Source: Gracilinanus agilis (lineage: Eukaryota). From it: a DNA stretch of 64,000 bases. Below are positions 37,100 to 51,142 of the stretch, one piece after another. Both the position numbers and the translations under genes were made by a program. Under the pieces are notes generated by a model that saw only the letters and a list, made by a program, of their open reading frames with translations, was not told the DNA's origin and searched no databases. The stretch is taken from contig NC_058133.1 of assembly GCF_016433145.1 (NCBI RefSeq), forward strand, positions 307,123,572 to 307,187,571, read 5' to 3'. The stretch's first letter is position 1. Each line of letters opens with the position of its first letter.

Positions 37100-37900
37100 A
37101 CATATATCTATTTTTAATTTATTGAGGCATAGTTAAGTTTAATGAGACGATTTCTACTGGACTGCTTCCCAATTTTCTAGAAATTCCTGTCAAAAAGGAA
37201 ATTCAGGTTTAATGAAAAGGTCTAATGAGTTCAATCAATTCTAATTCTTCCTTGTCTTATCTGTTCATAGATCTATTTTTCTATTTATTTAAAAGATGCC
37301 AATACTTTTGATGATAACTCCTACTTTGAGATCCGGAAGTACAATTGTCCATATCATTTCTAAATTTTCCCCATTATTTCACTTAAAATTCTCATAAATT
37401 TTTTTTTATATAAAAGAAGTTTGCTTTTTTGTTTAGGTCTATAAAGTGTCCCTTTTTAGTTTGACTGATATATAACCCTGAATATATAAATTAGTTTTTA
37501 TCATTTTTATATTACCATATCTCAAACATTTTTTCAAAGTTAATAAGTTCTGAAACTTTTTTCACATCTTTGTCATCTCCCCTTCCTAAGATACCTATAG
37601 TATCAATCTTTTAATGCCTTCACAACTTTATGTAAAGTCCATTAGCCTTCTCTTCTATATAAACTTGGTTTGATAGTTGCTTTTCAAATTTTTTTTCCTC
37701 TTTACTGCTATTTCTATATTACATAAAAATATGTCTCTACTGGCATATCTAGAATTTGATATTAGGATATATATAGTTCTATTCTTGATGAAGAGAAGCT
37801 ATTATAAATATTTTTAATAAATCTTTTCTACTTTTTGTTAAATAATTCATACATTTTCATGCTTAGATGCTCTTAGAAAACTGTGTGGTTAAATATCTTG
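37100..37900 (-). mobile_element. Very old L1 ORF2 remnant
   Basis: Minus strand GTACTTCCGGATCTCAAA..ATCATCAAAAGTATTGGCAT..ATAGATCTATGAACAGATAAG resembles the L1 LPD.K.YYKA..IKT.W / IDQWNRI segment. Confidence 0.55.
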
Positions 37901-40900
37901 ACTTTTTAACATTTGTTTCAATTCATTTGATAAAGTAATAAAAAAGCATTAGTAAAGCTGTAAAAATAAAATAAAACTATAAAATACAGAAGCAGCATTC
38001 AACTAAACAACAATATTAAGCACAAAAATATGTTAAATACCATGGAAGAGAGAAAGATGAATAGAAAATGTTCTTGCTCTCAGAGCTTAAGAAAAGAGTC
38101 TGAGTTTAAGAAAAGTGTATGAAAATAATGTAACAAATTATAATGTAAAAGCACAATAAGAGTAATAAAAAGTGATTATATTTATGTATATGTATAAGTG
38201 TGTGGTACACACATATATTTAGAGGAGGTTACTTCAGCCATGATGGTAAGGGAAGAATGAAAGGCAAGGAGGTATTTTATCTTTACTTTAAATCCCCAGA
38301 GTTTGGTAGAAATGAGAGAGTCTGAATGATATGACTTTCCAGGTAGAGAAAAGTAAATAGGCAAAGATATGGAAGCAGAAAAGAACAAAGTTATGTTGGG
38401 GGAATTTTGAGTGTTCTATATTGGCTAACCCTTAAATTATTTAATGAGGAAGAGTGAGAAATAATATAAGAAAGGATAGATTTAGACCAATTATGAAAAA
38501 GATTGAATAAACAACCTCTTGTATCACACTTTATTGTGGGACAAATGTTCTATTTGTATTAATTTATATGTTAATCTTTTTTCTATTGTAATCATTTACT
38601 GAAGGGCAATTCTATTGAAAATAATTTCCTTCATGATGGGCCAGGAGAAAGCTTATGTAATTTGGAAAAGAGTACCCAAGAAAGTGACACTGGTAAAAAA
38701 AAAAAAATCCAACTTGTTCAGGAAAAGTGGACAATGGGCAGTGACCTCAGATTATGCATATTATATCAATTTTGTCAATGAGTTGAAAGTCATCTAAGTA
38801 TTGAAAGAGGAATGTTGTTGGAAAATACTATTCTATGATTCCTTGTAATGATAGTTCTAATCTTTTGGCTCTTAAAAAAGGCATTTTGGTTGAAGGCGAA
38901 CACCAATTTGATTTACTATTTGCATATAATTCTGTCTTGATTATAAGTTACAGTCCAAAACAAATGAAATATGAGTTATCTACAGAGAAAAATTTATACA
39001 TATACACACACAAACACACACATACATACATATGTATATACATATACACTGATCCTGTGATATATTAAATGAACAATGTCAATCAGGATATAGCACATAG
39101 AACAAATTTAATAAAAGGGTTGTGCAATGTCCTTTGCACCAGTTCTGACAACATAACATTAGTATAGTTACAAAGCAGCCTGGATTGGTTTCAGTTGCAG
39201 CTTATACTATGACCAACCTATGGATATTTATAAAATAAGAGCAAAACTAATTATCCCCACAATATATCTCTTAGAGATAGATAGATTAGATGAATGAATC
39301 ATAAGAAAACAGAGCAAAAGTTAACAGTCAACCAGAGGATAATGGAAATATAAAGACCGGGAGAGTGATCAGAACTGAGATTCCATTGGTATTGGGAACC
39401 AGGATCAGAAAATTCCATTGCAACATATCATCACATATTCTGCAACTTAAAACCTTAAAATTCTTACTTTATGGGAAGGACAGTGTATAAAATAACCCTG
39501 TTAGAGCCACATTACAAAAGAGGGTCTCCAATGAAGGAAGAGTTAGGGGTATGTGGCAGATATATTAGAGGCTATTTATCATGAAACATGACACTGAAAA
39601 CAGCATATATCTAGTGTGACAGAAAATAAATGGACCACTGATGGTACAGATTGGTTCTCCCAGCTGATTAGGAAGTTATTGGGCCCCAAGTTTTTGAACA
39701 AAGATGGAAACAGTGAATGCCTGATTGTCTTTTGTGGTATTTGATGAATTTGTGTTCAAAACATGAGCAAAGATAATAGAGCCAAATGAAAAATGAATAT
39801 GAATAAAAGGAACTCAAAGATATAAGATTGCCTATAGGAAATTCATAGGAGCTTTATAATACATTTGGTTCACTGCTTCAAATTGAGTAACAACTGAACT
39901 GAATCTAAAGGCATTTGGTACTCTTTCAGCTAGATGTGTGGATCATTTTCATTTTTATTTGGAAGTGGAAGAACACTATGTGATGATAAGTAAACACTAT
40001 ACTAGGCATATGTGTTAAAACTTACTAAGTATCAAAGAAAATAAGAATTTATCATTTTTTCACTCTTCTGTTCTTATATCTTCAGAATTTGACGTAAGGA
40101 GAATTATAAAGGTTGATATCAAAGGCTGAGCAGGTGTTTAATAAATTTTTGCTGATGATATTAAATTTAGGGGTCATTACTCTTTCTATACAGAGTCAAA
40201 TGTAACAGGTCATTGGTAAAACAACTAGTTTCTTCAGTGGAAATTCTGTTCAGTTATTTCTCTGGCATTTATTAAGCTACTTCTAAATGCATGACACACT
40301 GGTGAAAATAGAAAAACGAAAATGAAATAGTTCCTGCCCAGTTAGGCAATATTATGTCTAGAATTCAGAATAAAAACAAATTAAGTCATAATACAGTAAT
40401 TTGATGATGGATAGGTAAGTTAAAATCTAGGAGGAGCCATGGAGTAGAAAAAGGATGAAGGAGGTACCAAATGTATTGTCATAAAGAAAAAAAGAGTTTT
40501 GAGTCAAAATTGAAAAAAGAGTGTGTTGTAGTCTTGTGAGATCTGGGACTGACCTGGACAGGAAAGAGTAAAAGAAGAGACAAAAAGGGCAGATTATACT
40601 CTATTTAGTGGACATCCACTACCCATAAGACAGAGATGAAGTACCAGTTGTTTGGATAGTCAAAGGCAGTATGACGTATTGGATCCTATCCCAGGTATTC
40701 AGTAACTTTGTGATCCTTTACAAATTAGTTCAGTGTCTTTAGTTATTTTCTCCCTAGAATAATGATAATGATAATCATAATTATTATGATAATAATAGCT
40801 AGCTTTCATAGAATACATTTAAGTTTACAAAATGCTGAACATATTATCTCATTTGATCCTCAGACAATTGTGTTTTAGGTTTTATTATTTTTTTATAACT

Positions 40901-41102
40901 TAGAGTCATATATTATTTGAACTCATGCTTTATTGCATTTAACATACTTTTCCATCTTGAAAATGAAAGATTTGGACTTGATGGCCCTTAAGGTCCCTTC
41001 TAGTTTTAATATTTGATCCTATGATCATTTAATTAGAATGGAGGATGGGAGGATCAATGGGAATGTTAGTTATGGATGTTGTTTGATGAAAAAGTTCACT
41101 AA

Positions 41103-41295
41103 GGGACAACTAGGTGGCTCATTGAATAGAGAGCCAGGTTTAGAGATGAGAGGTTTTGAGTTCAAATCTAGCCTCAGACACTTCCTAGCTCTGTGACCCT
41201 GGGCAAGTCACTTAACCTCCATTGCCTAGCCCTTACCACTCTTCTGCCTTGGGACTAATATACAGTACTGATTCTAAGATGGAAGGTAAGGGTTT
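41103..41295 (+). mobile_element. SINE1_Mdo-type SINE (older copy)
   Basis: GGGACAACTAGGTGGCTCA.., GAGTTCAAATCTAGCCTCAGACACTTCCTAGC.., CCCTTACCACTCTTCTGCCTTGG..GATTCTAAGATGGAAGGTAAGGGTTT. Confidence 0.9.
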
Positions 41296-41969
41296 TTGTT
41301 TTGTTTTGTTTTGTTTTTAAAAGGTTACTATTTCATGGTAGTATTAGGCCTCAACATACTAGTTAGTAGCCCTTGAGAGATGCCACTGTTGCAGCAAGGT
41401 GGACCAGGAACCCTTCAGTCAATGTTAATGGCAGTTGGGATTGTGGGTTGTGGTGGTTAAGGAGGACTCTAGTCCCAAGCACCAGGTTTCACTCTAACAC
41501 AGGGTGAGTCATGGTCAAAGCTATAGCTGAAGTCAGGCTCCTCACCTTGTCAATCCACTGGTGGTGATAGAGAGTAAAAAAGGTGCTAAAATAGTAGTGG
41601 TGACAGGAAAGTGTTCCCAAGAGGAGAAGGAGTGCTGCCTTCACTGATGGCATGTAAGAGAACCTAAAGGAGGTTATTCTAGAGACATCCAAATTCAGTT
41701 CCTGAAGGCAACTGCATGTCTGATGCATAAGCAGTATCTGAAAGGGCTGTGTGGCTGTTTGAGCAGTTCCTCCTCTCTCTTCTTCAGCAGTGTCTCCACC
41801 TACCCAGCTTTTTATAGTAAAGAAAGGTTGATTCCAGGTTCTACCAGTAAATTCAATTTTTTAAAAAATGTAGCAGTTTTATACAGATTTCACTCACTTG
41901 TTAATTTTTTATATTTAAAGAATGAATGTTATCAGGAATTACTGAGGTTTAGTTTCTCAGATGAGATTA

Positions 41970-42170
41970 ATAATAATAGCTAATATTTGCATAGGACTTT
42001 AAGATTTTTGAAGAGATTTACATAAATTATCCCACTTGATCCTTATAACTATCCTATGAGGTACTATTATTATCTCAACTTTAGAGATAAGGAGATTGAG
42101 TCTGAGGGGAGGCTAAGTGATTTGCCCAGGGTCTCCCAGCTAGTAAGGGACTAAGGCAGAATTGAAACTC
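41970..42170 (-). mobile_element. MIR remnant
   Basis: AATAATAGCTAATATTTGCATAGGACTTT...GGCTAAGTGATTTGCCCAGGGTC. Confidence 0.75.
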
Positions 42171-43734
42171 CAATATCAAGATAATACTGAGTTGACAGCT
42201 TAAAATTGTATTGAATGTATAATTTTTATTACACAGACCACCAAAAATGTAAACAAGAAGATCATTTCATGCTAGATCTAATGGGAAGATACTGCTCAAG
42301 CTGTCTTGGTCACAATAAATTTATGTGCTTGAAATATGTTGATAATAATTGGCCTGGGGATTCCAATATTATGGAATTCATGAAGAAGAAAAATAAGAAA
42401 TTTTAGAAAAAAATTGAGAAAATTAAAACATTTAATAATAAAAATTGTAACATATTAATCAATTTATTTTTCTCTGTACATTAATTTCACATGTAATATA
42501 TTAAAAGAAAATATATCCAACATTATATTTGTTTCACCATTCTTTTGTTCACAAAACATATTCAGCTTTGGTGTTATCTTGAATAGTTTGGGAGATGCTA
42601 GAGTCTAATGGATTATGATTTCTATCTTCTCTGATGAAAAACAGCAAGACTTTTAATGTGGTGTCATGGAAACCCCGTGAAAATTCAATGAATTGTGATG
42701 TGACAGGTTAAGGAAAATTGCTAAGGAGTGAAACATGTTAAGCTTTGAAATATAGAATCAAGGAAAGTGAAGATTCTGTATGACAGAATTCCAGACAATA
42801 TGATTTCCTAAAGGTCATTTTTGGTTTTAGTAACATGAGTTGTACTTCATATGTATGCATTTGCAATATTCCCCATTAGTATTTTAAAAAACCAATAAGG
42901 ATGCTTCATGAAAACAAGGTAAATATTAGTAGATGAACAGATATTTATAAAGGACAACATACTTTCCATTGAATTATAAGGGTATGAGAAGGGAGAACAG
43001 ATAAATAAATACAAAAAGAAATGACTTAAACCTTGTCCATAAGGAATTGATAAGGAATTAAGTAATTAAACAATTTCAAAACAAGACAATTTTTGGTATT
43101 AAATGGTTGCTTGTTGTAGAAGAAGGAAGGTGAAAAACTCTGGTCTCTGAATCAGATCTAATAAAATCATGAAAATATTACCTTTTCCTATCTTGTTTCT
43201 CTCCCCTCTACACTCTGTGGACTGTGTGATTTCAAAAGTCTCCTATAGTTATAAAATTCTATGATTCCACAATTGAAGCACTAAATCATGTAGTAAAACT
43301 CAATAAAAAATAAATAATAGGATGAAAGAGCTCACATTTCTATAATATTTTATAGCCATAAATCACTTTCCTTACTGGAACTCTGTGAAATAAATAATAG
43401 GAATGTTTTTGTTTAACCTATGATACCAAAGAGAAAACTAATGCACAAGGTCAAATGGTTTGCCTAAGCAACAAATTGAGTTGGTGCCCATCAGGTCTGG
43501 GTTTCAAACCTAGATCTATTAAAGCTGAATTCAGTGCTTATTAGAAAACACTAAAGATCTAATAATAGTAAGTCAAAATATAAAGAAGAAGGAAGACTAA
43601 TAAATTATAGATTGGCAAAATGAGTCATATAGTAAAAGAAAAGAAACTGCAAAGTGTGCCAGGCTCTTTTTTTTTTCTTACCTATTTCTTAACTATTTTT
43701 TTTATATCTTTACTGAACCTCACTTTTGGACTTC

Positions 43735-43925
43735 ATCATGCAATTTAGAGTTGTAAGGGACTTTAGCAGTTGCCTGAACAAATCCCTCATTTTATAGATG
43801 AAACTGAGGACTAGGAAGGTTGAGTGATTTCCTCAAGGTTACACAAGTAATAGATGTCAAAGGTGAGAAATGAACCCAAGTCATCTCTCTCCAAAACCAG
43901 TGCTTTTTATACTGTCTCACGCAAC
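43735..43925 (-). mobile_element. MIR remnant
   Basis: CTCATTTTATAGATGAAACTGAGG..AAGTGATT-like core, GAACCCAAGTC. Confidence 0.75.
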
Positions 43926-44519
43926 CATCCAGCAATGTTTTCTGTTATTTTTATTGAGCTATTAGGGTGCAAAATTCTGGTTATGTTCAGGATGAAGGGA
44001 TTATTGTATCCTAATTTAGTTCAGGGTGATTACAAACCCTTAGCTAGAATTAATGAAATAATTTTATTGGGAGCTTGTCTTTCATAATCTCTCTGACTGT
44101 TTTCATATTCATCCCAAATAACTTTAAAGTTCGGCTGGCTAGACAAGGGTCCAGAAAGGACCATTAGAAATTAAGAAGAATGATTCAAGCAGAACCAAAA
44201 GAACACTCTATACAGCAACAGAAATATTGTTGGAACCCTGTAAATAATAAAAGGGAATAAATAAGACATAATTTTACATATGCCTATATCTTTTTTGTTA
44301 AATGCTGCCTTCTTTAATGTCAGGGAAGGAGAGAGTTACCTGGGAAATTTAATGTAACAAACAAACAAAAAAATAATGAGTTTAATAGGAAAAAAGAAAA
44401 CCTATGGCCATTGAGAATGGTACCTTTGTGTAGTCTGCTTATCAAGAGTAATCTCAATGGAAACTCAAAATAAGATTCAATATGGCTTTTGCACTTTTAA
44501 TCATTTATATTGTTATTCT

Positions 44520-44745
44520 ATAAAGCATAATAATAGAGTACTGGATTTGGAGTTAGAAAACATGGGTTCAAATCCTGATTCAGACATGATTATTTTTATG
44601 ACCCTGAGTAAATCATATATTCTCCCTGAGATTCCATATCTCTACTTTAAAAGCAAAGTAATAAAATACCTACTTTGGAGAATTATTATGAGGATCATAT
44701 GAGACAATGTAGGTAAAATGTTTTGTAATTCTTAAAGTACCAACA
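44520..44745 (+). mobile_element. MIR remnant
   Basis: GAGTACTGGATTTGGAGTTAGAAAACATGGGTTCAAATCCTGATTC...TGAGGATCATATGAGACAATGTAGGTAAA. Confidence 0.75.
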
Positions 44746-44934
44746 AACTACAGAGTCCTTCCCTCTTCCAAATTTCCCTTTTCTGTTGAAGTTAGCATCC
44801 CCCCCTTTTATTCCTCCACATTATCCTCAAAGCCTCATTTTCATTCACTGATGAATATGCTGACAACTCTTGCAATATCTTCATATTCTCATCAAACTCC
44901 TCTCTACTCACCCAGCTGCCATTTAGGTTCAGGT

Positions 44935-45118
44935 CCTTATCTCAAAATCAATACTGTGTATGGATTCCAATGCAAAAGAGCAGTAAATGCTAGGTGAAGG
45001 GGGGGATTAAGTAACTTGCCCAGGGCCACACAGCTGGGAAGTGGCTGAGGCCAGAGTTGAGCCCAGGACCTCCTTTTTCTGGGCCTGATTCTCAATTCAC
45101 TGACCCACCTAGCTGCCC
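44935..45118 (-). mobile_element. SINE1_Mdo-type SINE
   Basis: Reverse complement of GGGCAGCTAGGTGGGTCAGTG...GGCCTCAGCCACTTCCCAGCTGTGTGGCCCTGGGCAAGT. Confidence 0.88.
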
Positions 45119-45149
45119 ACCAAACCCTTATCATTTCTTGCCTAGATTA

Positions 45150-46120
45150 TTGAAATGTCTTCCCAATTGTCTGTCTCTCAAAAATATGGCCACTGCAGAC
45201 ATTCTACATGTTGCAGCCAAAGTAACTTTTGTAACTACAGATCTGACTAAAAAATAATATACTCAGCCCTACTCAACTCAAGCCATTGTAGTGACTTCCT
45301 TTTGCCTTTAGTATAAAATATAAACTTTTTGGTTTGGCTTTTAAAGCTTTCCTGCTCTGTCTCTTACTAATTTTCCAAACTCATTGGATATTCTCCACCC
45401 AAGATAGCCCATACTTTGTGATCTATCTAAACTGACTTTTATTACTTTCCTCATTAATAGCACTCATCACTTCCTGCTTGGCCAAACCCCATAGAATTCA
45501 TCTCTTCCATTAGTACAAAGCTTAGGCGCCATATTCTGAATGAAGCCTTTCCTATTTCCTCTCCAACTGCTACTGTCTTCCCTCTTATAGAATTTCATAT
45601 TTGACTTTTTTATTATATTTGACCTAAACATTTATTATTTTTTTAATTATTGAATTTATTAATTGTATTCATTCATTCATTTCATTTTTTTGAATTTTGA
45701 ATATTTTCTCCTAGTTACACATTTCATGTTCTTTCCCTCTCCCCCAAACCAAGCTTAGCCAATGCACAATTCCTATAGGTTTTACATGTATCATTGATCA
45801 AGACCTAATTCCATATTATTGACAGTTGGACTAGAGTTATCATTTAGTGTCTGCATCCCCAATAATAAGAAAACTAGCCACATACAGAGGAAGAACTGTG
45901 GGAGGAGAAACACAAAAGAAAAACAACTGCTTGAACACATGGGCTGTTGGGGATATTAACTGTATTTAGATTATATATCTTATTTGTGTTTGTGTTCCTC
46001 ATTAAAGTATATTCTTGTTGTTAGTAGGGATTATTTCATTATTTCTATTTGTATCCCTAGTGTCTGTCATAGTGATTAGATTATATGTGTGTGTTTGATA
46101 AATATTTGCTAGATAAGATT
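45150..46120 (+). mobile_element. L2 3' remnant interrupted by an L1 insertion
   Basis: GTGACTTCCTTTGCCTTTAGTATAAAATATAAACTTTTTGGTTTGGCTTTTAAAGC and, after the L1, ATTTGTATCCCTAGTGTCTGTCATAGTG..AATATTTGC. Confidence 0.65.
45670..45954 (-). mobile_element. Short L1 insertion with twin-priming-type 5' inversion
   Basis: The minus-strand 3' UTR end (45680-45860) abuts a plus-strand piece of the immediately upstream 3' UTR (45873-45954); TSD ATTAATTGTATT (45658-45669) / ATTAACTGTATT (45955-45966). Confidence 0.75.
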
Positions 46121-48499
46121 TATTAGACTCCAATTATGATAGACATTATTAGATATCAGCAAAAAATTTGTGTTTCATACAGCTAGTATATATACATTAG
46201 GAGTATGACTAGTACCAAGTCTTTTGATTGAAGGGCTGGACTTCTTTCTATTATATAGTATCACAGTTTGGATTTTAACTAAATGAATGAATATATGTGT
46301 ATATATCTACAGATATAAAAACATGCAAATATAAGTGTACATCTAAACATAGAAAAATGCACATTGATATATATATTATAGGTACATATGTATGCATACA
46401 TGTAAACGTCATTAAACTAATTGAGAATAATAATTAACATTACAAAATTTTTGTGGAGCAGTAAAGAAGATGTGCTAGAGTAAAACAGTAAGAGAAGAGT
46501 TGAGCAGTTAATGCTGTTCAATGTATTATTTATTCAACAGCTGCTTATGTCTGGTGGAATTGTTATTGGTCGTATGCATCATTGTCAACTCCCTATATAT
46601 TGTGACTCTATTGAATATTAAATTCTCTAAGTAAATCATCATATCAATTGCAAATGGAAATAATTTTACTTCTTCTTTGTCTTAGTGTATTCTCTTATTA
46701 CCTTTTTTTTCTAATTAGTATAGCTAGCATTTCTAGAGCAATAGAGAGTGACAAGTGACTTGCCTTGCCCTTTACTGTACTGGAAGACTTTCTAGTATTT
46801 CTTCATTACAAATAATACTTCTTCATTTTAGATATTTTTACTCATAATAATGAAAGTCTTTTTTGTTTTTATTCTTTGCCATGTTAACCTAAATTTGTGG
46901 CATATTTTGATAAAGGACTTTTCTGAACCTATTGATAAAGTCTTGATTTTTCCCCCCTTATTTCCCTTTTCATATTCCTGTAATTCTACTATACCTTGCT
47001 GAACATGAATTCCCTGAAAATCATTTTTTTAAAATGTGGGTAGTACCTTTATAGGATAGTCATGAAATATTCTGTAACATATTCGACAGGGGAATTAAAA
47101 TATAAATCTCATGTATCTTTATATTCCAGAGAATAATAAAATAATAAACACTATACAAAGTAATTAAAAGAGCAGAAAATACATTTTGTAATAATAAGTT
47201 GTGGTGAAATAACATAAAAGCATAAAATAAAAGTATCAGTGCATGAACTCCATTAATTTCAAATAATTATTAAAAGATTTGTAAGGCAAATTGGAAAGTG
47301 AGCACACTTGGCATCTATGGAAAAATGTTTTCTCTACTTGCCCTTAGAATGCAGTTTGGCCCTATATGTAAAACCTTAGTGAGACTTTTATGGGAACATT
47401 TCCTTCCCTGAACAATATACATAAACGTATGTGTGTGTATATATGTACATATACGTGTATATGTATATATATATACACATACTTGGTTTTAAAAATGTTT
47501 TTATTTATTAATTGGTTGGTTGGTTTTACTATCATAGTTCTGAGCACTGTTTTTTGGTTGCCACTTTTTAATGCAGATATGGAGAAATAGTGGAATATAT
47601 TATTTGACTTTTTTGACAATTTTTTGAGAATTTTAAGCAGAACGGAAGTATGATTATAGTCTAACCTTTTGTATCAATTATAAGCAACTTTATCCATATG
47701 TAGGTATTGTCTCCCATAATACCATAGCTTAGGGCTTTTCCCCCTCACCACCACCCTTAGAAATTTCAAGTGCTAGCATTTGAATACCAAATTCTAGTTA
47801 TATTTCAATAGATTTCATTGTAAATCATTTCAACACTAGACTGACATTGAAGCACGATATTGCTCATAATAATTTTCTGAATACTGGCTAAATTATATGT
47901 AATGATGACTGATTATTGTTAATGATTACCCTTTTGTTAAAAATAGTGGGGTGGGGGTGGATAAATGTCTTAATTATGGCAGTAAAATGTATAAAACTCA
48001 TTTTTATAATTTTTGCAATTTAAACTATTTTCCACTATCAAAAAAGAAAATCTAGAATTAAAAAAATAAGAGATCTATTAATGGTCCCAAAGGTCATGAG
48101 CTAGTTCTGTATTTTCCTCCATTTAAACATTTTTTTCTAACACTTGGGTCCATGATTATTGATTAATAAGGAAAAAGCCATGTGGAATAGAGCTCATTTT
48201 GACATGGGCATTTATATTTTGGGTTTAAAACACATTAGTCTCTGCCTCTCTCTCCTTCAGAATTTGGAGTTGAATCTCAACACAAGCATATTATGCAAAT
48301 CAGGTCAATTCTTTCCAAGCACTGAAAAATCTAATGTCAAAAAATACATATTTTAGCATATATTATATAAGGAAAAGTTCATTTTTATTTTTCAGTAGCA
48401 GAGCCTTAGGCATCAGAGTGAGGAGGGGATTTTATCCCTAGTTATTTTGTCCCTAGCATATGTACAAGAGGATTTAGCACTCACATAGATAGTCTGTGA

Positions 48500-48690
48500 G
48501 AGAGGCAGTATTTTGTAATGGATTGAGAACTAGTCTTGAAATCACAAAGACCCTGTGTTTAAGTCCTTCCTCTCACATTTGTGATCCTAGATAAGTCATT
48601 TAAACTTAGTGCCCTTGGCAACTTTCTAAGATGAGAAGTTGAAGAGAAGATGACGGACCACATTCATAGAGGATGTTTCCTCAACTAGGC
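48500..48690 (+). mobile_element. Marsupial core-SINE with non-MIR tail (subfamily not assigned)
   Basis: MIR-like head, then GGCAACTTTCTAAGATGAGAAGTTGAAGAGAAG..GGATGTTTCCTCAACT; an antisense relative lies at ~59385-59580. Confidence 0.6.
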
Positions 48691-49029
48691 ATACTTTATA
48701 TCATGAAATCAAGGATCTGTTTCCTGTCCCTCTCCATAAAGGTCCTATAATACTCTAGATACTTTCCCTTTCTTTGAGGTGCCATGTGAGCAGGAGGGAG
48801 GTCAACTGTTAGGTTGGGATTTTTTTTAGTCTTTATATGTTTTTTCACAAATTTTACCTTCACAAGAATATTGAATATGAGAGTTGGGAGAGACCTTAGC
48901 AACCACCTAGTCCAACAGAACCCGCTACCATTTTACTTTGGTAAAGCTATTAATTGTTAGGAAGTTTTCCCTCATATCATGCCTAAATTACTTCTTAATA
49001 AGTATCACACTCTTCTCTGGGGCTGAATA

Positions 49030-49897
49030 TACACTGGAGACTTTAAGGGGGTGTCACTTTGAAACTGGGTGACCTGGATGGTCATGCCTCACCACAAGAG
49101 TTGGGGGCAAGGCTTTCCTATAAGAGGAGGTATGTGGTACCCCAATCCAATCCTGAATAAGGATGGGGTTCAACCAAACCTCCCCCCAATCAGTTAAATT
49201 CATAGTGGGTGATCCAGCTGCAAGATGGAGGCAGCCAGACGAAGCCGTGGTTCCCTTCTCCCTTGTTGTCTCTCAGGAACTCTGGAACTCTATCTGACTG
49301 TTGAATGGCTTTTTATTATTCACAAATCAGGGATTGGGGAAAGGGGTGAAAGGCAGAGGGATTTGGGGTGCCCTCTTTGCTATTCTTATGGTGTCCCTCA
49401 CTTAGGTGGGAACCCTATTGCTTTCCACTCCTGAGCTTCTCTCCTCGCCCCTTTTCCATCTATTTCTATTTCTATTTTTCTGTTTCTATCCTTTTTTATA
49501 GTTGTAAATTTTGACTGAAAGAGATCTCTCAGCAAGGTTGGGTAATGGGGGAAGGAGATTAAGAGATTGCTCCCAATATGGAGTCCAAAAACTTAGCTGA
49601 CTCTATGGGTGAAGTCTTGATGGGTGAGATATGATGGAATGGCTTTGACCAGGGAATCAGAGTTTTAATTTCCAAAGAAAGATCCTTAGGAAGCCCTCAG
49701 GACTGGATCCAAGCTGGGATTTCCAGCTCCTCCCTTTTCCCAGTCCTCCGCCAGAAGCCCTCTCCTCTCCTCTCTTCCTCGGAGAAATTCCCAGAATCCT
49801 CTCTGTTGGCAACTGTCAGCAACTGTCAGCAACTGTCCACAACAGCTTTCTCTGGCTCCTTTTGTCCCATCCCCCTTGCACAAATCCCATCCTTACA
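49030..49897 (-). mobile_element. LTR-like element (possibly composite)
   Basis: GC-richer block ending CCTTACA; CAACTGTCAG repeats resemble those in the 28.8 kb LTR; minus-strand AATAAA-like signal near 49315. Boundaries and TSD are uncertain. Confidence 0.5.
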
Positions 49898-49909
49898 GAA
49901 TCAAAAGAG

Positions 49910-51010
49910 AGATTAATAAAATTGGAAGTAAAAAATTGAACTAATAAGACAAAAATCATGTTTTATGAAAAAATAAAATAGATAAGTCATTGATTAATCT
50001 GACAAAAAGAAAGAAAAAAACCTGAAAGGTAAAGATACTATATACACTATTTGTAAATATGGCTAAGGAAGGAACTCTACCAAACTAAATTCCTTTTATG
50101 ACACAAATATGGTTTTGATACCTAAACTAGGAAAAACAGAAACAGCTTAAGAAAAATTACAAACCAATATCCCAAATGAATGTTGATGCAAAAATCTTAA
50201 AATACTAGCAATGAGATTACAATAAAATATTATACATTGTGGATCATATTAAGGATCTTGTGTTGTAATCAGGTGAGTTTTATAACAGGAATTCAGAATT
50301 AGTTCACTATTAGGAAAAAAAAATTAGTTCACTATTAGCAGTGTAATTGATCATATCAATAAGAAAACCAGCCAAGATCATGATATTATTTCAACAGATA
50401 CATAAAAATCTTCTGATAAAATATAATACCCATTTCCATTAAAGATACTAGAGAACATTAGAATAAGTGGAACATTCTTCAAAATGATAAATAACATCTA
50501 TCTAAAACCATAAACAAATATTATCTATAATAGGAATGAACTATAAGCCTTCCCAATAAGATCAGGAGTGAAACAGGGATGCTCATTATCACTACTCTTC
50601 AATATTGTACTAGAAATGCTAGCTATAGCAGTAAGAGAAAAATAATAAATCAAAGGAATTAGAACAGACTATGAGGAAATAAAGCTATTACTCTTTGCAG
50701 ATAATATGATGGCATATGTAGAGAATTCATCAAAAGACCAATCAAAACAATTAAATCTTAGCAAAGTCGTAAGGTATAAAATAAACCCACATAAGTCATC
50801 AGCATTTCTTTTTACTACCAATTGAGCCCAACAGAAAGAGAAAGAGAAATTTCATCTAGAATAACTGTAGACAATATAAAATATCTGTGAGTCTATCAAT
50901 CAAGATAAAACCAGGAACTATATGATTACAACTGCAAAACACTTTTCACACAAAGTCAGATCCAAGCAATTGGGAAAGCATTAATTGGTCATGGATAGTC
51001 TGAACCAATA
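49910..51010 (+). mobile_element. Old L1 ORF2 (RT region) remnant
   Basis: AATTACAAACCAATATCCCAAATGAATGTTGATGCAAAAATCTTAAAA, TCAGGAGTGAAACAGGGATGCTCATTATC, TTACTCTTTGCAGATAATATGAT (degenerate LFADDM). Confidence 0.88.
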
Positions 51011-51044
51011 TATTATTATGCTATAAGAAATGACAAACAATATT

Positions 51045-51142
51045 CTTTCTCCGTCTCTGTTTCTGTCTCTGTGTCTCTCTCTCTCTGTCTGTCTCTCTGT
51101 GTCTCTCTCTCTGTGTCTCTCTGTCTCCTTCTCTGTCTCTCT
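51045..51142. repeat. (TC)n/(TCTG)n simple repeat
   Basis: Direct reading. Confidence 0.92.

Noticed and set aside
39200-39700. Possible RTE LINE 3' remnant
   Set aside because: The resemblance is too faint to set boundaries or a family by eye.
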